A DNA stretch of 63,646 bases, filler included, from Platydemus manokwari (taxonomy: Eukaryota), in the NCBI GenBank assembly GCA_037951405.1. It is 5 parts of 5 records of this genome, joined end to end, with 100 filler letters (N's around TTAATTAATTAA, not from the genome) between each part and the next. Parts side by side here need not be neighbours in the genome. Positions count along the whole stretch, not along the records: positions 1 to 15,142 come from JBBMOY011338094.1; 4 more parts are not named here. One strand, written 5' to 3'. The translations under genes and the position numbers were made by a program. The stretch's first letter is position 1, and each line of letters starts with the position of its first letter. Shown here piece by piece: positions 1 through 13,350 of the stretch. The notes below the pieces were generated by a model. It had not been told where the DNA came from. It ran no database searches and saw only the letters and a list, made by a program, of their open reading frames with translations.

Positions 1-540
1 CATGAAAAAATACAATCAAAATCATTGACAAGAGATTAAGGAATATAAAAAAGAATATTATTAAAATAATTGTAAAGAAATTTTTAAAAAAGACATAATG
101 AATACATAAACCATAAACAAGAGATTAATGAATGTCAGAAACGTAGATATCATAATTTTTATCAAATGAGAATGCAACAACGTCTACAAAATTCAATACG
201 AAGAGCTATGACTGAAAATATAAATTGTGATACTTTAAATAAATATCTTGTTGGTTCATTGGAAAATTAGAAGATTATTTAGAACACCAATTTGATGAAA
301 ATATGTCTTGGAAAAGTTATGGAAGTCATTGGCATATTGATCATGATTTCACAGTAAGTAAATTCGATTTTATATTTAAGGAAAATATTAAAAAATCTTA
401 TAATAGGAGAAATCCTCAACCGTTAGAAGCTGGAAAAAATATAATGGAAAGTAATAAAATTGATTTAGAAAAATCAAATTCAACAAGCTGGTAATTTTGA
501 GAAAGATCATGAAACATAAACAGAAATTGTAAACAATTAT
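1..540 (+). pseudogene. Decayed HNH-type endonuclease of the giant-virus/phage/Maverick kind (truncated by window start)
   Basis: Across stops and frameshifts it reads KEYY-rich repeats, then RLQNSIRRAM...KYLVGSLE...LEHQFDENMSWKSYGSHWHIDHDFTVSKFDF...KKSYNRRNPQPLEAGKNIMESNK. This matches the LGCS..LE.QF..GMxWxNYG..WHIDH..P..FDL...KCFHYxNLQPLxAxENxxKxNK pattern. Confidence 0.7.
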
Positions 541-618
541 TTAATGTGGTTGAATTAAAAAATGAAAATTATGATTTCCGTAAATATTTACTATATAAAA
601 ATATCCTTTAAAATCACG

Positions 619-1035
619 ATGGATAATTTTATTTGGGAAATATATCAAAAGGATTGTAAAAATAAGGGTGGCTCAAATAAAATCAAAGAATCAATGAAAT
701 TCAAGTAAGATCAAATGAAAATAATAATCGAACAGAAAGAAATTTCAATGACTTAGTAAATAAATATAATTATTCATTACAAGAATTTAGAAATGAATCA
801 TAAAAAGTATTATCAAATCTAGTAATGGCAATTAATATTTATAATTTATACGAGGAAATTAATGAGATAGTAAAATCATATTTTAAAAGAAATCCGAAAT
901 TTAAATTACAAATTAAAATAAATGTTATATATATATATATATATGAACGAGGAAGAAGTCTTATGTAAATAGTTGTATTCTTTTTCTGTTCCAATAGTTA
1001 AAAATGAAGATATAGATATTCAAGATCACTTAGAA
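619..1035 (+). mobile_element. Degenerate ORF resembling a Maverick/Polinton C2H2-finger-led ORF (PolB N-terminal region)
   Basis: ATG at 619: MDNFIWEIYQKDCKNKGGSNK (decayed F-x-C-x2-C-x-K finger), later EEINEIVKSYFKRNPKFKLQIKINVIY. Intronless, directly after the HNH ORF on the same strand, with many stops. Confidence 0.35.
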
Positions 1036-1140
1036 CAGGGGTGGCCAACCGGTCGATCTTGAAGCCAATTTTAGTCGGTCGCGTGAGATGTTATTCAAAT
1101 GAAAAATCGATCTTACGTACACAAAAGTTGGCCACCTCTG
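1036..1140. mobile_element. hAT (Buster/Charlie-type) MITE, 105 bp
   Basis: TIRs CAGGGGTGGCCAAC / GTTGGCCACCTCTG (13/14 match). Flanking 8-mers acttagaa and gtgtataa both fit nnnTAnnn but differ from each other. Confidence 0.8.
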
Positions 1141-2369
1141 GTGTATAAGGTACATTATAAAAAATAAACAAGATCAAATTTTGTCCAGAGATATTCTCGT
1201 TTAGATTAATTGATATTTGGAGCTTGACCTTTTATCCTTATTTTTACAGGTCAATTATTGTCTTTTAATTAAATCTTTTAAACAGAAACCGACTTCTCAG
1301 TGTTGAACCTGATAATGAAATGAGATCAGATCAAATAACCAAATGAGTTTGCTATTAAAAGTACTCCATAATTACTAAGTAATAATTTCAAAATAATGAT
1401 GTTTATTAATCGAATGTGTAATAGATTGATTAAAATTACGCACCAAGATCTTTTGAAAATTTAATTATTTCACTTATTTATGTAAAATAACTTTATAACT
1501 TTAATAACTTTAAAATAAATTTAATAACTTTTTGTTATTAAAATAACTTTTCCAAATTATTTAATTTTAATAATTCGACTATTATCGTGAAGGTTGTGAT
1601 AAAACTTCGATTTCACCAAGGTTTTTTAACATAGAAAAACTAATGAATTTCTTAATTTAAAGTTGTATTATCGATATTTTGCTTGTCACAATTTAAGAAG
1701 TAAATTTGACAAACTGGTAAACTGAAACAAGATATCCAAGACTTCAATCATGGCACATAATCTTCGGTTGTGGGCTTAATTTGAAACTTAAATAAATGAA
1801 AACATAAAAGTGAACGGCAAAAATAACCTATGCACTCTTTGGTGTATTAATTTCCACACTCTATTGTATTGGGCTTCAAAATCGGTTTCATCTTTTTGAA
1901 ATTCGTTAGATATAATTTATTGTTGTAATAAAATTGTGCTCCCACTTTTAGATTGAAAACACAATAAAATAATAAGCATTTTACTATTATATAGGAGATT
2001 TTTAAATTTTTGCTATTAAGTGAAAATTTTATAAAAAACTTCAAAAAGCATTTATGAACTTATTTTCACACTCCTAAGCATTCAAGTAGATATTACAATC
2101 AAAATATTCTTCAAAATTGATTTCTTCTTTTTGAAACCCAGTAAAATTTCCTTTTAGGTAAGAATTGTTTCTATCCTTCAATTTTTGGTATAGTTCTGAC
2201 TTCCTAGCATTCTGTTTAGTAAATTAGTTAATTATCTTAGCTAGACGTTATCTGTTACACCGACTGCATCACAATCGAATATAACAACTACCAATATATG
2301 TAAATCTTCTTGTGTTTAACTTTGTATAAATTTTATTTTATTGTTTCTATTTAGTTGTTTTTAGAAATT

Positions 2370-3110
2370 TTAAATATGGCTATAAACTCTGCAGATAGCT
2401 GCAATATCAAACCAATGAAATGGATTAAATTGTAGTGATTTTATTACACAAAACATTAATTAATTTCATATCGTTTTCGCTCTGATATTGCAACAAATTT
2501 ATTGATTCTTGTATGGAGAAAATTCACTTGAAAAAAACAATGTATTTTATTGTGAAAACAATTGCCAATTTGTAAAAAAAAATAGTTTTCTCTTCAGACT
2601 TTGGGAGCATTTTCTTTGAAATAATGAGTTTTTAATTTATCCAAAACAAAAAGAAGAAAATTAAAATTTCCGATGAGAAATTTGTGTCTGCTGGAGAATA
2701 TTTGAAAAAGATTTTTTGCTGTAATGACTTATATTGCGTACACTTAGCGACATTTGTTCCTCTCTTCTCTTCTCAACAATGTATTCTACAATTTAAAAAA
2801 AATCAATACTCATATGGGAACCTGGGCAATTGTTTCAAAAATTCATTCTTCGTTTTATGAAATTGTCAATGACATTCAATATCGATCTGATATTGCTTGG
2901 ATACGTTTTATTTAATTGTTTAAACGGTCTGTTGAGATTATTGTCAATTTGTTCCTTTCTTGCCACTTGGCATTGAAGAAATTTTTAATGTGTAATTGAT
3001 ATATTTCTTGTGAGGCTTTTTGTAATATGTTTTTATATGTATATGACAATGAAACATTTGAGAGCACTAATTATCGAAGAAATTTTCGTTTTTTTCACAG
3101 CGCAATATTT
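2370..3110 (-). pseudogene. Possible degraded TPR-type gene (C8orf76-like)
   Basis: Collinear broken peptides NYTLK/FFNAKWQE, QFHKTKNEFLKQL, a short GT-AG intron-like stretch, LLRREER/NVAKC and IKSLQFNPFHW. Many stops and frameshifts. Confidence 0.2.
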
Positions 3111-6100
3111 GAGAATTTTTCGGAATATTTATTAGGGAAATAATCACGTTTTTCATTTCATCTAAATTGGGATTTTTTTTGAAAGAATAGAAATCTAGTT
3201 TCGATTATTTTCAGTAGAAGTAATGTTCATATTAATAATATCATTTTTAGAATAATTATCATAATTATTATATCTATTTTAATAGTAAAAACATCGGTTG
3301 TTTCCATTAAAATTTATTGCTTTAAAAATCACAAGCTTTCTCTTGAATATTTAAACAAATCTAAGATTTATTTAACTATAATTATATTAATATAATAATA
3401 ATTTTTATTTGTATATAAATTTGTGAACCTTATTATTTAATAATTATTATTATGGTTTGAATACAAATAATACAAACTTAGTATAATCCACACTAGCAAG
3501 CGATAAGAAAGTTGAATAAAGCATGTATGGCTTCGAATCTACCAATGACTTAATTATGAAGTGATGAATATGATGGATGGATGATGACTGGAAATGAGTG
3601 CTAAGGATTATGGAATTATCAATTATTCAATGTATTAACACTCATAAACCTTACAATTATCATTAATGTTTTTCCAATATAAATATAACTATCGCTATAT
3701 GTCGAGAATAAATAGAGAATCCAAATCAAATATTATTGAAAAGAAAAGTGAGGATTTTGAAATTTATATAAATAATTTTTAATGATCGGCTTTCTTAGAT
3801 TTGTTTTCAATGAAATAGAAGCAGCGAGCATGGTGATCACTCATTTTGATTTTGTAAAATTTAATTGAAAAGATATTTGAATATTAGCTACATTCACACA
3901 AAATGAACCACGATTATAATCAATTATTTTCATTTTGTCTTCTCATACTAATTGAACGTTACTTAATAGTTTGTTTGGTAGAATTTGATCATAGATCCAA
4001 TATCCTCAGACAATCTGTCCAACAATATACTCTCAAACATCCTTTAATAAATTTTGTCCGTTACACACATCATATTGTGGAATGTAACGTTTAAGCCACA
4101 GATATTAGAGTTACTTTTCAACAGACTTCATCAAAATTATTTTAATTGATGGTAATTAATAATAATTTTCCTCAAATTATTGCCTCACGTGAAAGTTTTG
4201 TCTGTTTGAATAAAAGGCCATGAATTGAATCCGTTGTCTTTCACATCAACGTTGTTGTATTGTTTGTAGTTTCTCACTGATAATAAAAGAGCTGGTTAAT
4301 GGATTAAAATACTACTAATGAAAATATCCATCTCATATTATTGTAGGTAAACTGATAATATGAAATCGATATTCCTTATGAAGTCGATAATATATTAATT
4401 TATGACATAAATAATTCGAGAATATTTATAAATTGAAGGTATTATAAATTTATGCAAATTTAATATCATATTCAGGGGGAAAAATGATATTATAAATCAA
4501 ACTCACTAAAAATCTTATTAACATTAATAATAAAATTTTAATAATTAGAATATATTATTAGAAGTTGTTTTTGTCATCAGATCAGTCGAAATAAAAATAT
4601 CTATTTGTTTTAATCGGTTTATGTAAGTTACAAGAGGAATTTTATTAAATCATAAAATATCAACTATCAATCCATCTGAATTTAACCATAATTGTTAGTG
4701 ATGTTCACAAATTGAAATTAAAACTTTTCCCCTGAATTAATTATTAATATATAGACAGCGATTAGAGGATTATCGATCAAAGTGTAATTAAGGGATATAT
4801 AGACCAGATTCAAGATGCTAATCTGCTCCATGAAGTTGGTATTCAAATTCCGTACAGTCATATGTAAATTTAATCTGAGTTTTTATACACCCATAAGTAA
4901 GTGAGCATATGTAAAATTTGCAAGTCAAAAATAGAAAAAGCTTATTTAATGCACACTACAACATATGTATGACTTGCTAAAACGTTGCAAAAACGATGAG
5001 TACATGTAAGTTGAGTCAGAGGAAAGAAACTGAATTTCTGGTATTAAAGAAATTTATAAAAGAATTTAAAAAAATTGAGAAAACTTTTTTAATGACGAAT
5101 ACTTTTAAAGTTGGTTGCCTACGCATCTACGATTTATATGTGTGTGTAAATTTTGTTAATTTTAGAACAATGTTACATATAAGATATGACTAAACTAAGC
5201 CTGCGGTTAGTATAATTCATCTTAATTAATATGTTGAAAAACACACCATATATATGTTAAGTCATTTATTTCATTTGATAAATAAAATTCTCTATAAATA
5301 AGTAATTAACTGAATTCTAGAGCGCCTGTTGACTATTAAAGAATATCTACAATGTTCTCTTTCTAAACATTTATCTCACCCTGGTGATTTTAATACTGAA
5401 ACAAGAAAAACATTGTTTTCTTTATTGGACTTGTAATAATCGACTGGTATTTGTATTATGACGAATATTGTATGACAAAATCACCAATTTTTTTTTATCT
5501 TTTCAATATCATTTGGATATTTTTTGGAGAAAAATTATTATTTTCAAAATATAGCTTGTGTTTGTTTTTCAAAATCTGCTTAAAAAGAAAAAATGATTTA
5601 GTCAAGACAGATTTATCAGAAATATAAGTTTGCTTTTTATGTTTTTTAGCAGAAATTATTCTTGCAAATAAGTAAGTAGAAATGTTATGAATTATACTAA
5701 ATAGTAATAAAATATGGGCTGGTAATTCTTGGGTATTTACAGTTGTTAATTCCGTAATAATAATTGCAATTATGTAGTCTAATATTCGGATATCCACTTA
5801 TCTACTTTTATATTAACATGTTATCTATTTCCTTTATTTTATGTGCTTTGATGTGATGATGACAATAAATCTTTGCAAGTCGTCTGTACAAATCAAACAA
5901 GTATCTGTCATTGGGGTTCATCATGATTTCATCGTGCTAAAATTAATTTGATCCTAATATTCGTGTAAATCATATTGTAAAATATAAATACGAGTTGATA
6001 ATTAAATACAGATGCCAATGAAAACACTTGTGTTCTACTATCGATCAGTCATGGTTGTTACAAGATTTATTGTCACGAGTTTGAGTCTGCTCAACGTCTA

Positions 6101-7063
6101 TTCAATGCTTTGATCTTCAACGCACAAATTAGAGTTACCAATTTATGTGAACTATTGGTCATGGGTCGTTGTCAAATTTAAATATTCGTTCTATACTGAT
6201 TCTGATATTTTCCTAGACCGTGTTTGTATGACTGCGTAGCTTTGTATACATAAACAATGGTTCAAAGATGGTAAAGTCCTTTTTATTGAGAACCCTTTAT
6301 ATAGATATGCCCTTTATAATTCCGATTGAAGGACATTGAATAAATAATTTAGCTTAGTTTTTTATAAAATATCAAAACAGCATAATGAAAAAATAATCAA
6401 TAATAAGAAATTTTTATTTCACAGATAAATTAGAAACATTAAAATTTGAAAATATCAAAAAATATGAATTCCTAAATAAAGTTCTTTCTTCCCTGATGTT
6501 GAAAAGAGAACTTTGAGACCCAAAATCAGTATAGTTAAATAAATCAGTTCAAGTGATTTGTTACATTTTTTGATACGGTTTTTTTAAATCAGATGCACTT
6601 TTAATGATATTTCTAAATTCCATGTCAGTTGACTAAATACAACTTATTTCAAGCTCGCTAAATTCAGCAGAGAAACTCCAATATAATAAGAGGTTAAATA
6701 TCGTCAAAATCATTAAAATTCATTGACCAAATCATCACACCAATTGAATGTAAATTGAATTTTCAAAAATTAAATCCCACCATACATATTTCCATTTTCA
6801 ATTTTAAAGTTTTTCTCTGATAAACTCTTATTTATACGATATAATTTGGAGCCTGTTAAACTCGAACGTCAAAACATTCGATATTGAATCGTATTTCATT
6901 TATTATTGCTGTAACTAATCTTTAGTGTTGTGTATTATCACAATTTTATTGGAACTATATATCATGATTATTAATCGATAATCTGTTAATGGTCTTTATT
7001 TAAAGATCTAGCTTAAATGTATTTCAACAATATGTTTGTTGATACTCTTAAAGCTTCTAGTGT

Positions 7064-7264
7064 TTGTCTCAACAGAATGTTTACGAAATATATGCGTTCA
7101 AATATTTTAATAAGCTAGTTGCAGGCTTTTTACAAACAAGGTATCAGCTTTATTTTCTTAAGAGCTTCAGAAATAAGAATTCATTAAATCTAACGGTAAA
7201 GATAGATATCGAGATTAATACATTACTTGATATTAGAACAGTTGTGGAAAATTTCGATAATTAA
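7064..7264 (+). mobile_element. Possible hAT transposase C-terminal (dimerization region) relic
   Basis: NSLNLTVKIDIEINTLLDIRTVVENFDN resembles the RLxxLAxxSIE....D...VIxxFA end of hAT transposases. Confidence 0.25.
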
Positions 7265-8982
7265 ATGGATTGGTTTGAAATAAATTTGTATTCAAAAATT
7301 AAAGATAAATATTCTCATATTTTGACGGAATTCCTTATTTTCAGGTAGCACTGAGAGAGATGAACAAAGAATCGATGATATAATTTCGTGAACTCAATCG
7401 TATTCGTAATATTCATTGTGACACTGAGACAGTGATGTATTGTTTGATTTAGTGTCATAAATTTGTGCTCGCAGAATTTCCACCTATTTTCATTGTGGTT
7501 TATTTTTTTGTTTTTGTCCAAACATTTAACTCGTTGTGATTCTCGATAGAACAGTTTAATAAAAACAACTTCACCGTTTATAGTGGCATAATATTTTCAT
7601 AGGATTATTCCTTTTTGGTGTTGTGTGGTTCTGTCGATTTTTGTGATTGTGTCAGAATTTTCAGAAAACAAACAATATGATTTGTTGTGATTCAAATGAT
7701 TCCCATATTTTGTCGATTGACTTATTGAAATAAAGTTTTAACAGTCGTTTTATTTGCGATCTTTTAACACTCAAACTGATTTCGGTGATGATTTTACAAT
7801 TTCTTGTAGTTTTATTTAATTGAATTATTGTCTAAAGTTAAAATAAGGGTTCTGAAATGAAATTTTAAATTTATTAAGTATATTGCAAAATGCTATATAG
7901 TTTATTTAATTATATTGTTTAAAAACATTTTGAATTTTATATTTAAGTAATTAAGAAGTAATTTAGTTTTTTGGAATCAAATATTAAATACACTAGAGCT
8001 TAAAAATCTCCTAAAATTTAATTATTTGAAATAATGATAAAAAGTAGATCGAATTGCTATTTATTGAAAATTAGCGAGGACTCCCTTTTAACATTAGAAG
8101 CAAATTGAGAGATATTCTCAATTTTTACAATTATTTTATAAAAATAAGCAATGATATTTTTTAAACATATCTGTAATTAACTAACTCGATTTATAATTAT
8201 AAAAATTTAAAGCCTAAATGATCATATAGAAATGTCGTGATTAAAATAGGAACTTGTCTTTAAAACTGTTTTGTCACTATTAGACATCTTAAAAATGAGA
8301 TATTAACTGAATTATGTGAATAAATCAAACATAGCAGTGATATATAAAGTTAAGTTATAAAACTATCTCATGTGCGAAAATTCACTACAACAAAAGTAAA
8401 TCAAAGGACCCTTTTTCTTAACTTAAGCCGAATTATTTATTTCTGTTAATAACGACAAGAATATTGAAACAAATATTCTTAGAATATTTAAAATTCACTA
8501 TATTAACTTAGAAAAAGTCATGTTTTGAACTTAATCGATAAATGTAAACTTAAATCAATAAAGTGCCGATGTTGTGCTTAGTATTCTCTGAATGGACAAT
8601 GCTTCAAAATAAACACTACAATATCGACAGTTTTATTACAATATTAGATTAGCTGTCAGATTTTTTTTCTCGTGAAATAAGATTATATTTTTAACCAAGA
8701 TATTTGATGAATATTTTGCATTTTTTCTGACACATTTTCAACAATGCACAGTTTTACACTAAAAAATAAACTTGATTACATTTAATAATTGAATTACTTA
8801 TCAGAGCACCAATAGTTACACTGACATGCAGTAGTGGAACTTTACCAATTTTTGCTCATACAAAACATACTACTGGAATTACTCAGACTAAAATAAACTA
8901 ATCATTATCTATAATTTATTCCTTTATTTAGTTACAATGTTAGTAGCGGATAATCGATTATTCCTTCAAGGATTTGATCACA

Positions 8983-9390
8983 AGGGTAGATCACAAATCA
9001 ATCAAAATGACCACAAGAACCAAGGAAAGAACCCTAAAAAGGATCAATACACATACCCGATAAACACACTTGCCGTTGACCAATCAGATTCGTTCTAATA
9101 TGAATCCAATGGCACGAGATATACGAAGAAAATTTCAAGTAGATCGATCCACTAACAAATTCAGCAAATGGAAAACAAAGATTCTTGACATCAAGTTGAC
9201 ACACTGATGGGTCTATAAAAGGGATTGAGTTTCATGAATATCTGCCAGTCTTGTTGGTTGGCAACTTGAGTGCTAAGCTTATCTTGTAATCAACTTACTT
9301 TTAGTAATCAATCTTTTTGATTACATTACATTCTGTTTTTGACTTTCGATCGATTTTGAGTGATTTATTTTGTGAATTGTGAAAAGATTT
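8983..9390 (+). repeat. Solo-LTR-like repeat family A, copy 1
   Basis: Aligns by eye with the reverse complement of 36610-37062 and 15650-15875 (AATTCAGCAAATGGAAAAC...GACATCAAG...TATAAAA...CCAG...TTTGACTTT). A/C-rich 5' half, TATA box, T/G-rich 3' half. Confidence 0.65.
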
Positions 9391-10429
9391 ACGACTGTTA
9401 TTTAGACTTTTACATTAAAAATTCTAGAATTTTTAAAGAATTCCCACCGGAAATTGAATTAATGATTGCAAAAATGGAAAATTTATTTTTGGACTATGAA
9501 ATCTAGGATATTATGCATTTTATTCTGTCTTATGTAACTTATATCCAACAATACCATTTTTATGTGCTGTGATATAATATGTTAATTATATCTCTGAATT
9601 GATTAAAAATAACCTAATCAATGGAAAAACCCAACAACTTCTCTATTTAGTGAAATGTGATTATGAGGATCTCATTTTGATATAATCAATTTTTAAATTA
9701 AAGAATTTATTTAGTTTTCAAATGCTTTTTACTTTTAAAATAATCTCCTGGACAAAAAAACTTAACTACTCATGTGTAAAGTGGACATTGAAACGAGTTT
9801 TATGTGAAAATTTCTTTATTTTTTGTGGAGTTGGACTCCTATATCAAATGTAATGTTCCAGCTTTTTAAAAATTTTGAGTTTTGGGTCTTTTGACATTTT
9901 TTAAAACTACAATAATCAGACAATAATCGTGTATATCAATGTACGTATTTCTTGCATGAAATAATACAAAAAAATTTATGTTAATTCAAGAAGCTTTATG
10001 ATGAACAGGAATAAAATATAATATAAATAAAATCCCAAATAATAACCCGCCATCAAAAAAACCCTTTAACCATTGACAAAATCCCGCATTAATATAAAAA
10101 AATAAAACTTATTAAATTTACCCTATAACAAACTCACCCATTAAAACAATATTCTTATTGGATTTATTAGTTATCGCTAGTTAATATTAGTTGATAGAAA
10201 ATCACTAGAAGACTAGCCAATGTTCGTGTGATCCAACTCTTTTTATAGGCTCATCATGTGTGTTAATTTTATGTCTCAATGCTTTACTTTTTATTTATTT
10301 TATTCATCTCGATGTTTGTTATCTGTAGTTGGTGTGCGCCAATTGATTATCGATTTATAAATCTGGATTTATATATAGGAAGCATTTAATTGGCTATTGG
10401 TGTGTGCTTTTATAGAATCTCTGTGTATC

Positions 10430-10640
10430 GACACTTTGATAGTAATTTCAATGGATTCCGTGGATACCAACCTATATCCAACATAGTAGTGTACTCACTG
10501 TCGAAAGAAAACTCTTTACTTGTAACTTTAAACAGACTATCTGAAAAGAGTGATGTTAGAAGGATTCTTGATAGGAGTCAGTATATTTGAATTCAAAGAT
10601 ATATCAGTAACGGGGAATTTCCTATATGTTTAAAGTGACG
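10430..10640 (+). mobile_element. Degenerate rosa-type Tc1/mariner DDD-domain fragment
   Basis: HFDSNFNG...YSLSKENS...SEKSDVR, then GFLIGVSIFEF...VTGNFL, in the order of the HFxLNG..WSxENP..KVxVW..IGPYFF..VTG..YL motifs. Confidence 0.35.
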
Positions 10641-12780
10641 CACCTAAAAGTGATTATTTATAAATTGTATATGAACCTGATTCCGTATGAAATATATCAA
10701 AATGGCACACTAGACGAGAAAAATTAACTACGATACTCAAATATATTTGAGTTCACAATAGGTGAAGTTACTTATTACCTTAAAAAAAATTACTTCAAAT
10801 GATATAGGTAGGATTGAATTCATGTTGGAGTTAATTAACAGTAATTAATATCAGTTAAAATATGCTGGAAAGTAGAAATAGATATACAGCTTATCTAAGA
10901 AATCCCTTTTTAATAATCTAAAAATGATTTCAGTGATTTGGTAATTTGGTTTGCCAGTAATATTGTACATAGGAAAATGACTACTTGCCTTTCGAAACGG
11001 GCATTTAGAATTATAACAGAGTACGATTCAAATAAAAGTTTGAAAAAGTTGACTGGATCAAATGGATCCTTACTCAATCTTTGCAATCAAGATGATTTGT
11101 TAGTATGTTTGAAATGATCTATTTATGGAAATGTGTTAGCAGTGAATGAGCTTATTTAAACAATTACTCGTGACTATTTTCTTTATTAATAAGGACAATT
11201 TAAAAAGATAATTTCGAACTTACCTTTTCAGTTGGGGATGTCAGTGCCATTATACGTAGCAAAACTCAAAAAACAGAAATAATACTCAATAAGAATTAGT
11301 GATGCCGACATATTGACCACCAAGCTAATCCTGGCCCTACCTCTCTATCTCGTAGTGTACTCTATGAGTACTACAATATATCATCATATGTGTCAGTATA
11401 TTAATGTGCATATACAAATACCAATTTCTACGTTACACTTTATGAGCAAATTCTATTGTCTTTTGAACTATTTACAGATTCGTTCTGGTATTCAAAGAAC
11501 AAGTTTCCCGTTTTTTTCTCATCCATTACATGACGAGCTATTGCATGCAAATACCCGAGAAATTAGTTTTGGACTCTGTACAGACTTTAGACCTGTGCAG
11601 ATTATTCGTCATTTATTTCTCAGAACTTAATTAGAAATTGTAGGTTTTGTCCTGTTTTTGTCGGCTGTTAAGGAATTTATCGGGCTTACCACGCTAGAAA
11701 CACAATTAATATTTACAAACAACATATTGATTTTACTTATTTAATGAGCAAGCATGAACATAAAAAATTCGATAGCAGTTTCTATTTTTAATTTATAAAT
11801 TAATAATTTTAAATAATTATTATTTCAGTAATACCCTTACAATGTTTTCCCAGTTGATCTAATAAGTGTTCGTCACTGAATCAATAGTTGTCACACACAA
11901 ATAAATCTTTCCAGATTCTGTTAAACAATGATCAATAAAGTCTATTTATTTCAATAAATTTGATTCTCAATTGCTATCAGAATGAATTGAATATTTATAT
12001 CCGTATCTATGAAAAATTATGATACTGTTTATTTCCGTATATAACTGAATTTATTTTCACTTAATTGCTTTAGTCTAATATTTCTTTAGGAAATTGATTT
12101 TATTGTTGTAATGGCAGTTACTTTAAATTTTATTTCTTTGTCTTGCGAATCTTGCAAAAAAATTGCGATTACGTCAAGAAATTACCGACGACTCCAACGA
12201 TCTCAGCAAATTAATTAGAGTCTCTTATTTTGTCCTTAATTTCAATTAAAACAAAAATATTCTTATTGATTTTATTTTATATATATAACATTTCGTTTTG
12301 ATTCAAATGACAAATATCGAAGATTCAGATTATTTTAAACAAATATGACGAGATATAACTAGTATCGGTATTGTTAAAAGATCAATTTCACAAAAATCAG
12401 CAAAAAGTTCTAAATTCGTCATTAATCGCACTAGTATTTATTTAGTTCCAATTTTAATCTTGCATCTTGGAAGTAGATGTTTTGAGGAAATTCTAAAAAT
12501 GGAATGTAATGATTAAATTAGTATGATTGTTGTTAATGTGTAGAAGTCATTAAAAAGTATATTGTGATTAAAAGGATAATTACAGATATTTATTATTATC
12601 GTGTTATTTGAAAAAACAGATTTTTTCAATAAGAGAGATGTCACAATATAGATGTCATAGCAACTAATTTATTCTATTGCACAAATTACCACAAATAATA
12701 ATAAAAAATTAAATTTAATAATCTTTACTCTATAGTCTTTACATATAATCGATATTAATATTTTGTATAACAATTATGTA

Positions 12781-13350
12781 TACCGTGCGATTCATAAGTC
12801 TCCATCTCTAAAACTAAAATAAAACAACGAAACACAATATAATTTATACTCACATATTTAGACTCATTGATATTAATTATTATTCACTGATTAATGTACT
12901 TTATTGCTTATTAATCAGTTGCATTATTACAATATGGTGGAAACAGCTGATGATGTTAAATTTTCGTTTGCGGATAGTGTTTATAGTTAGCCATGCAATA
13001 ATGTACCAGAGTAGTATCAAACCTTACCAAGGATATCAACAACATTTCAACTGTGCACCACCAACTAGGAAAACAGTGAAATATAGGAAACAGAAATCTG
13101 AAGAAACTGGAAACTTATCTACTAGGTTGTGATCAGAGAGACTGTCTGATGAAATCATAAAGGAAAAGGTGGTAAATTTTGTAAAAGAGAATGATGACAC
13201 AAATCAACGAAAAATTGGTTATTATTCTCCGTTATTTGTTCTTACTGTTATTATGTTTTGTTTTGCATTAGAGTAACTCAATACATTTAGTTTGTTCTTA
13301 CTGTTGTTATATTTTAGTTTTAGAGAAGGAGAATTATGAATCGCACGGTA
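12781..13350 (+). mobile_element. Internally deleted rosa-type (DUF4817) mariner with intact TIRs
   Basis: About 47-bp TIRs TACCGTGCGATTCATAA(G/T)TCTCC..CTCTAAAACTAAAAT at 12781 and inverted, ending 13350; TA on both flanks. Internal HTH remnant from ATG 12934 (QQHFNCAPPTRKTVKYRKQKSEETGN). Confidence 0.85.

Noticed and set aside
5495-5797. ORF with TELTTVNTQELPAHILLL resembling a Helitron Pif1 motif
   Set aside because: Single weak motif with no other helicase motifs nearby.
12947-13170. CTGATGA/CTGAAGA...GAAA hammerhead-like cores
   Set aside because: No pairing stems, not conserved in the sister copy at 48.7 kb, and explained by transposase codons.
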